Assembly (NCBI GenBank): GCA_963727625.1
Contig: CAVSHR010000005.1
Coordinates: 832,001-896,000 of the forward strand
Reading direction: 5' to 3'
Length of the DNA: 64,000 nucleotides
Origin: an uncultured delta proteobacterium
Lineage (GTDB): Bacteria > Desulfobacterota > Binatia > UBA9968
Shown here in pieces: positions 59,796-64,000 of the stretch. Both the position numbers and the translations under genes were made by a program. Every line of letters begins with the position of its first letter. Position 1 is the stretch's first letter. The notes under the pieces were generated by a model. It was given only the letters and a program-made list of their open reading frames with translations, was not told the origin of the DNA and did not search any database.

Positions 59796-60926
59796 CTATT
59801 TCTTTTCAATACCCGCCATGATCTTTTTCGCCAGATCGAAAATCGGTTTCATATCGCCGTATTCCGGCTTGACCACGTCGAAATATTTAACGCCTGGCTG
59901 CATCCGGTTATCCGGCGGAATTTCGTCCTTGGGAATATCGATGCGCCGGGAGTTCGCCGGATCGTCCGGATCCCCCAACTTTTGCAGCGCCATCTGTCCC
60001 TTGCGCGACAGAAACCAGTTGAGAAAGACCTTGGCGGCATTGGGATGAGGCGCCTGATTCAGCAAGCTCACCGACCCGCCGCCCGCGGAAAAACTCGAAC
60101 CTTCTTTCCACCGGGTGGTGTCGAAGTCATCCACCGGCAAGCCCTGGTGCTTGGCGCGCATGGAATCCTTGCAGCCCATGCAAATAGCAAATTTCCCTTG
60201 CGCTAGCCAGTCCGTCATCTGACGGAAATTTTTCGCGTAGGTAATCTCCATGCCGCCGAAGAGCTTTTTCATGAACTCGGCGCCGATTTCCGGGCTGTAA
60301 TAGTAAAACTGCATGGTCGCACCCAAGCCGGTGTCGCGCGGATCGAGGGAGACGATCTTACCTTTCCACTTGGGATTCAAGACATCCCAGTAGGATTTGA
60401 ACTCTTTGGGATCGACCAACTTGGTGTTGTAGGAGAGCTGGGCGTTGCTCGGGCTGGCGATGAACGCAAAAATATACTTGCCTTCCGGATCGGCGTAGCG
60501 CTGCTCGCCGCCGAACCATTTGGACGGGTCGACGACTTCGGGAAGAATCAGCACCGGCTTCAAAGGATCGAGGACCTTCCCTTTATAGAGCGTATTATAA
60601 AGACTGTTCGTGCCGCCGCTATAGACATCGGCGATAAACTTGCCGGCGCGGCGTTCGGCGATGATCCGATGGGTCAGCTGGCTGCCTCGTCCGGTGACCG
60701 AAACGACGTTGATCCCCGGAAAATCGCGTTTGAAGCCGCGCAACAGCGCTTCATAGCGATAAATATAGACGGTGACCTGCCCTTCTTTTCGCGCCGCCGC
60801 CAGGGTTTGCTCCCAGTCCTTTTTCCAGTCCGCTGGCGCGGCGAGCACGCTCGTCGACACGAAAAGCAGGACCAAGCCGGTCAAAAATGAAACGAGTTTG
60901 CTTGTGTATTGATTGCCCATGCCCAT
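59796..60926 (-). CDS. Extracellular solute-binding protein (Fe3+/AfuA-like family)
   Basis: AAARKEG.V, YNTKLV, PKWKGKI, APHPNAAK. Confidence 0.88.
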   Translation of the reverse strand: MGMGNQYTSKLVSFLTGLVLLFVSTSVLAAPADWKKDWEQTLAAARKEGQVTVYIYRYEALLRGFKRDFPGINVVSVTGRGSQLTHRIIAERRAGKFIADVYSGGTNSLYNTLYKGKVLDPLKPVLILPEVVDPSKWFGGEQRYADPEGKYIFAFIASPSNAQLSYNTKLVDPKEFKSYWDVLNPKWKGKIVSLDPRDTGLGATMQFYYYSPEIGAEFMKKLFGGMEITYAKNFRQMTDWLAQGKFAICMGCKDSMRAKHQGLPVDDFDTTRWKEGSSFSAGGGSVSLLNQAPHPNAAKVFLNWFLSRKGQMALQKLGDPDDPANSRRIDIPKDEIPPDNRMQPGVKYFDVVKPEYGDMKPIFDLAKKIMAGIEKK

Positions 60927-60995
60927 CCTTTATCTAAAAACATCTAGGATAACAAAGCTACCGCCTTCAAGGTCAAGGTCAATGGATGATTCCGT

Positions 60996-61946
60996 TTAAG
61001 TTTTCTGCTCGTATAGCTTGTCGATAAACCCCGATTGATCGAGGGTCCGCAAATAGTGCAAGTCCCACAACGCCATCGGGCTCTGCTCCTCGGTTTCCGG
61101 GTTTTTCATACAGCAAAGCTTGTAGGCATTCGCGACGGCTTCGTGCTCCGGATACGGTTTCGGCAGAAGCTTTGCCACACTGCGGTATTGCACGTTCTGA
61201 CATTCAGGCACGCGCCGGCGCAGATCGTCGAGAATCTGTTCCGTCTCGCCGCGGCGCACGCGCGCGAAATGGATACCCATCACCTGGGCCTTCACCAGCC
61301 GCTCGGCCAAGCCTTCTTTGCTTTGCAAGGTGGTGATCGTCGTCGTCAACGTGGGCCCGTTGATCATCGGCAGCCGATCGAGCGTCAAGATCTTCATGCC
61401 CGCTTCTTCGAACTTCTCCGTGTTGCCCGTGACGAAGATTGCGTCGACCTTTTTCGTCCGCAACACATCCAACTGCATCGCCCGGAACTCGTTATTGGAC
61501 TCGGTCAGCTCGACGAATTCGACTTCGTCGAGCCGCAGCCCGCCGCGCATGACGTAAAGCATGTGGTTGCCCCGCGGATGATGGTAACCGCCGATGGAAT
61601 CGACCAGCGTGGTGTCGCCGATCCGCTTGCCTTTCAGTTCCGACAACTGTTTTATTGGAAAATTTGCTACGAGCCGGTCGTTGGTAGAGTTGGAAGGCGA
61701 GGTTAAACAAACGATCGGCTTGCCGCGCCTCACCAAGAGATAGGGCGAAATATGATTGCCCGAGACGAAATCGACGTCGCCGCCGAAGAGCGCCTTTTCC
61801 GCGGCCTCCGAGCTATCGCAGAACTCAAAAGTCACCTTGAGCCCCGCCTGCTCCCAGACGCCGGCCTTGTCCATCACTTCCCAAATCGGCAAGTGGGAAT
61901 GCGATCGATAGAAGCCGCGGATACTCATCGTTGGGCGATCAGACAT
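60996..61946 (-). CDS. NMT1/TauA-like binding-protein homolog without an obvious signal peptide
   Basis: LKGKRIG, LWDL..LDQSGFID. Confidence 0.7.
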   Translation of the reverse strand: MSDRPTMSIRGFYRSHSHLPIWEVMDKAGVWEQAGLKVTFEFCDSSEAAEKALFGGDVDFVSGNHISPYLLVRRGKPIVCLTSPSNSTNDRLVANFPIKQLSELKGKRIGDTTLVDSIGGYHHPRGNHMLYVMRGGLRLDEVEFVELTESNNEFRAMQLDVLRTKKVDAIFVTGNTEKFEEAGMKILTLDRLPMINGPTLTTTITTLQSKEGLAERLVKAQVMGIHFARVRRGETEQILDDLRRRVPECQNVQYRSVAKLLPKPYPEHEAVANAYKLCCMKNPETEEQSPMALWDLHYLRTLDQSGFIDKLYEQKT

Positions 61947-62012
61947 GTTGGGCTCTCCGTGGATCGTCCGATTCTCGCTTGGTTGCGCCATCCCCGATGC
62001 GACACCCCCGGT

Positions 62013-63149
62013 CTATTTTTTAGCTTGATTTAGCGTTTCTTTGATGAAACTTCGAATTTGACTCATATCCATCCATTCGGCCCGGTCAACGATCGGATAG
62101 CGATTCGGGTCCGATTGCGGCCGGCGATTGCCGCGCGGCACTTTGTCTTTCGGGATGTCGATCCGCAAAGAATCCGGACCGTCGTTGCCGTGGGTGAAAA
62201 TGGTTTGATAGGCGATTTGCCCCTCGCGCGATAACAGCCAATTCAGCGCAACCTTGGCCGCGTTTTGATGCGGCGCCTTATTGATCAGCGCCACCCCGCC
62301 GGAGCCCGCGGTGATATAAGCGCCCTCTTTCAACTGCTCGGGATCGAACCAGCTCACCGGCAAGCCTTGGGTCTGCATCACGTCCAGATCCATGCGTGAA
62401 ATCGGCGCGAAAATGGACAGCGCGAATTTGCCTCCCGCCAGCCAATCGCCCATCTGGCGGGTATCCGTGCTGATCACCAAGTCCGTCTCCGTAAGAACCC
62501 GTCTGATGAATTCCTTGCCGAGGCTCTTGTTGTGATAGAAAAAGCGCATGGCGTCGCCGGCACCGCCGAGCCTGGGATCGTAGGCGACGATCTTGCCCTT
62601 CCATCTCGGCTTGAGCACGTCCCAGTAAGACTTGATTTCAGCCGGTTTAACCAACTTGGTGTTGTAGGCCAGTACGATCCGAGTTTCACCGTTGAGATTG
62701 AACAAGTACCGGCTCTCCGGGTCGACGTAGTGATGCTTGCCTTGATACCACTTGCTGACATCGGTGACCTCCGGCAAGACCAGCAGCGGCGGAATCGGGT
62801 CCAGGACTTTGGCCTTATAAAACACGTTGTAACCGGTGGTCATGCCGTTGACATAGAGATCCGCCAGGTATTTTTCGCCGCGCCGTTCCGCCATAAAGCG
62901 CTTGGCGACATCGGCGCCCCGGCCAAAAATTCCCGTGACTTTAATCTCGGGATATTTTTTATGGAATTCGGCGAAGAGTTTTTCGAAATCGGCGCTGCCG
63001 TAGAGCACCAACTGCCCTTCTTTCTTTGCCGCTGCGACGGTTTTTTCCCAATCCGCCTTCCAGGAGTCGGCCGCCGCACCGTTGGCGGCGGCGGTCCAAA
63101 GCCCGAATAAAACGATTGCGGCGCCGACGAAATTTAATTTTTGTTTCAT
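62013..63149 (-). CDS. Extracellular solute-binding protein (Fe3+/AfuA-like family)
   Basis: Signal peptide, AAKKEG, WKGKI, APHQNAAK. Confidence 0.88.
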   Translation of the reverse strand: MKQKLNFVGAAIVLFGLWTAAANGAAADSWKADWEKTVAAAKKEGQLVLYGSADFEKLFAEFHKKYPEIKVTGIFGRGADVAKRFMAERRGEKYLADLYVNGMTTGYNVFYKAKVLDPIPPLLVLPEVTDVSKWYQGKHHYVDPESRYLFNLNGETRIVLAYNTKLVKPAEIKSYWDVLKPRWKGKIVAYDPRLGGAGDAMRFFYHNKSLGKEFIRRVLTETDLVISTDTRQMGDWLAGGKFALSIFAPISRMDLDVMQTQGLPVSWFDPEQLKEGAYITAGSGGVALINKAPHQNAAKVALNWLLSREGQIAYQTIFTHGNDGPDSLRIDIPKDKVPRGNRRPQSDPNRYPIVDRAEWMDMSQIRSFIKETLNQAKK

Positions 63150-63163
63150 TTGTTCTCCTCACT

Positions 63164-64000
63164 CTACTTTTTCGCGGCCTGCTGCGCTTGCTTGATCAGT
63201 TTGGTCACCGCTCCCATATCGAGCCACTCGGGTCTGCCGGAATAAATATATTTTACTCCCTTGATCCGCCGATAGGCGGGAGGAATCACGTCCATCGAAA
63301 TATCTTCACGCATCGACTGGCGAACATCATGCTGCTGCGCAAATACGGTCTGATAGGCTTCCTGGCCCTCTCGCGAGAGCAGCCAGTTAATCGCAACTCT
63401 AGCGGCGTTAGGATGGGGCGCGTTCTTAAACAAGCTCACCCCTCCCTGCGTCGGTCCGACAAAGGCGCCTTCCTTGAATTGCCCCGGCTCGAAAAACTTT
63501 ACCGGCAGACCCTTGCTCGCGGCGTCCTCGATATCGCTGACGAAAAAGGCCAGAAGAAACTTGCCTGCGCCAAGCCAGTCGATCATCTGCCGCTCGTCGC
63601 GCGAATAGGTAATTTCCATTTCGCTGAAAAATCGTTTGACGAACTCAGGTCCGAGATCCGGATGGTTGTAAAAGAAACGCAACGCGTGAGCCACCGTACT
63701 CACTCGCTTGACGTCATAGGCGACGATCTTGCCCTTCCATTTAGGATCCAGGAAGTCCCAATAGGATTTGATTTCATTGGGATTCACCAGCTTGGTGTTG
63801 TAGGCGGTCTCACCGCCATGAACGTTCCCCTGAAATATGAAGATATATCTGCCGTCAGGGTCTGCGTAGTGATGCTTCCCGCCCCACCACTTCGATTGGT
63901 CGACGACTTCGGGAAGGATCAGTTGCGGCCGGATGGGTTCGAGGATGTTTGCTTTGAAAAAAACTTGAATCGGTGTGACCACGCCGTTGATGAACAAGTC
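63164..64000 (-). CDS. Extracellular solute-binding protein, 3' part (5' end outside window)
   Basis: Paralog of the two downstream SBPs: YNTKLV, PKWKGKI, APHPNAAR. Confidence 0.85.
   Translation of the reverse strand, partial: DLFINGVVTPIQVFFKANILEPIRPQLILPEVVDQSKWWGGKHHYADPDGRYIFIFQGNVHGGETAYNTKLVNPNEIKSYWDFLDPKWKGKIVAYDVKRVSTVAHALRFFYNHPDLGPEFVKRFFSEMEITYSRDERQMIDWLGAGKFLLAFFVSDIEDAASKGLPVKFFEPGQFKEGAFVGPTQGGVSLFKNAPHPNAARVAINWLLSREGQEAYQTVFAQQHDVRQSMREDISMDVIPPAYRRIKGVKYIYSGRPEWLDMGAVTKLIKQAQQAAKK

Overview
A GC-rich bacterial window. The gene content (many Rieske oxygenases, NMT1- and Fe(III)-type substrate-binding proteins, bicupins, class II aldolases) suggests a Candidatus Binatia/Deltaproteobacteria-like organism; this is inference only. 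(1) 1-24 kb is a patchwork of metabolic genes (Ldh_2 oxidoreductase, Rieske, SDR, GST, ComDE-like ThDP enzyme, ASST, thiolase/DUF35) interleaved with small toxin-antitoxin/defence cassettes: AbiEi/AbiEii, DUF433/DUF5615, MazEF-like, DUF5678-like plus retropepsin, and HNH-like plus AbiGi-like. It also holds a RAYT-like HUH transposase with perfect 19-bp terminal inverted repeats, related MITE-like elements, and a solo attC-bounded cassette. Three integrase-less cassettes are each bracketed by a diverged duplicate of the end of the neighbouring gene. (2) 24.5-39.7 kb holds htpG followed by a co-oriented, partly decaying island: five methyltransferase genes or remnants, a DUF4242-adenylate cyclase, a cupin, YdhR, an atypical A-T-TE NRPS-like enzyme, an MBL-fold protein, an NTF2-like protein and a BBE-oxidase remnant. 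(3) 39.7-64 kb is an aromatic/organic-acid uptake and catabolism region with interspersed TTGAAC repeat clusters. No rRNA, tRNA or CRISPR array was seen. All family calls come from motif recognition by eye, not database searches.
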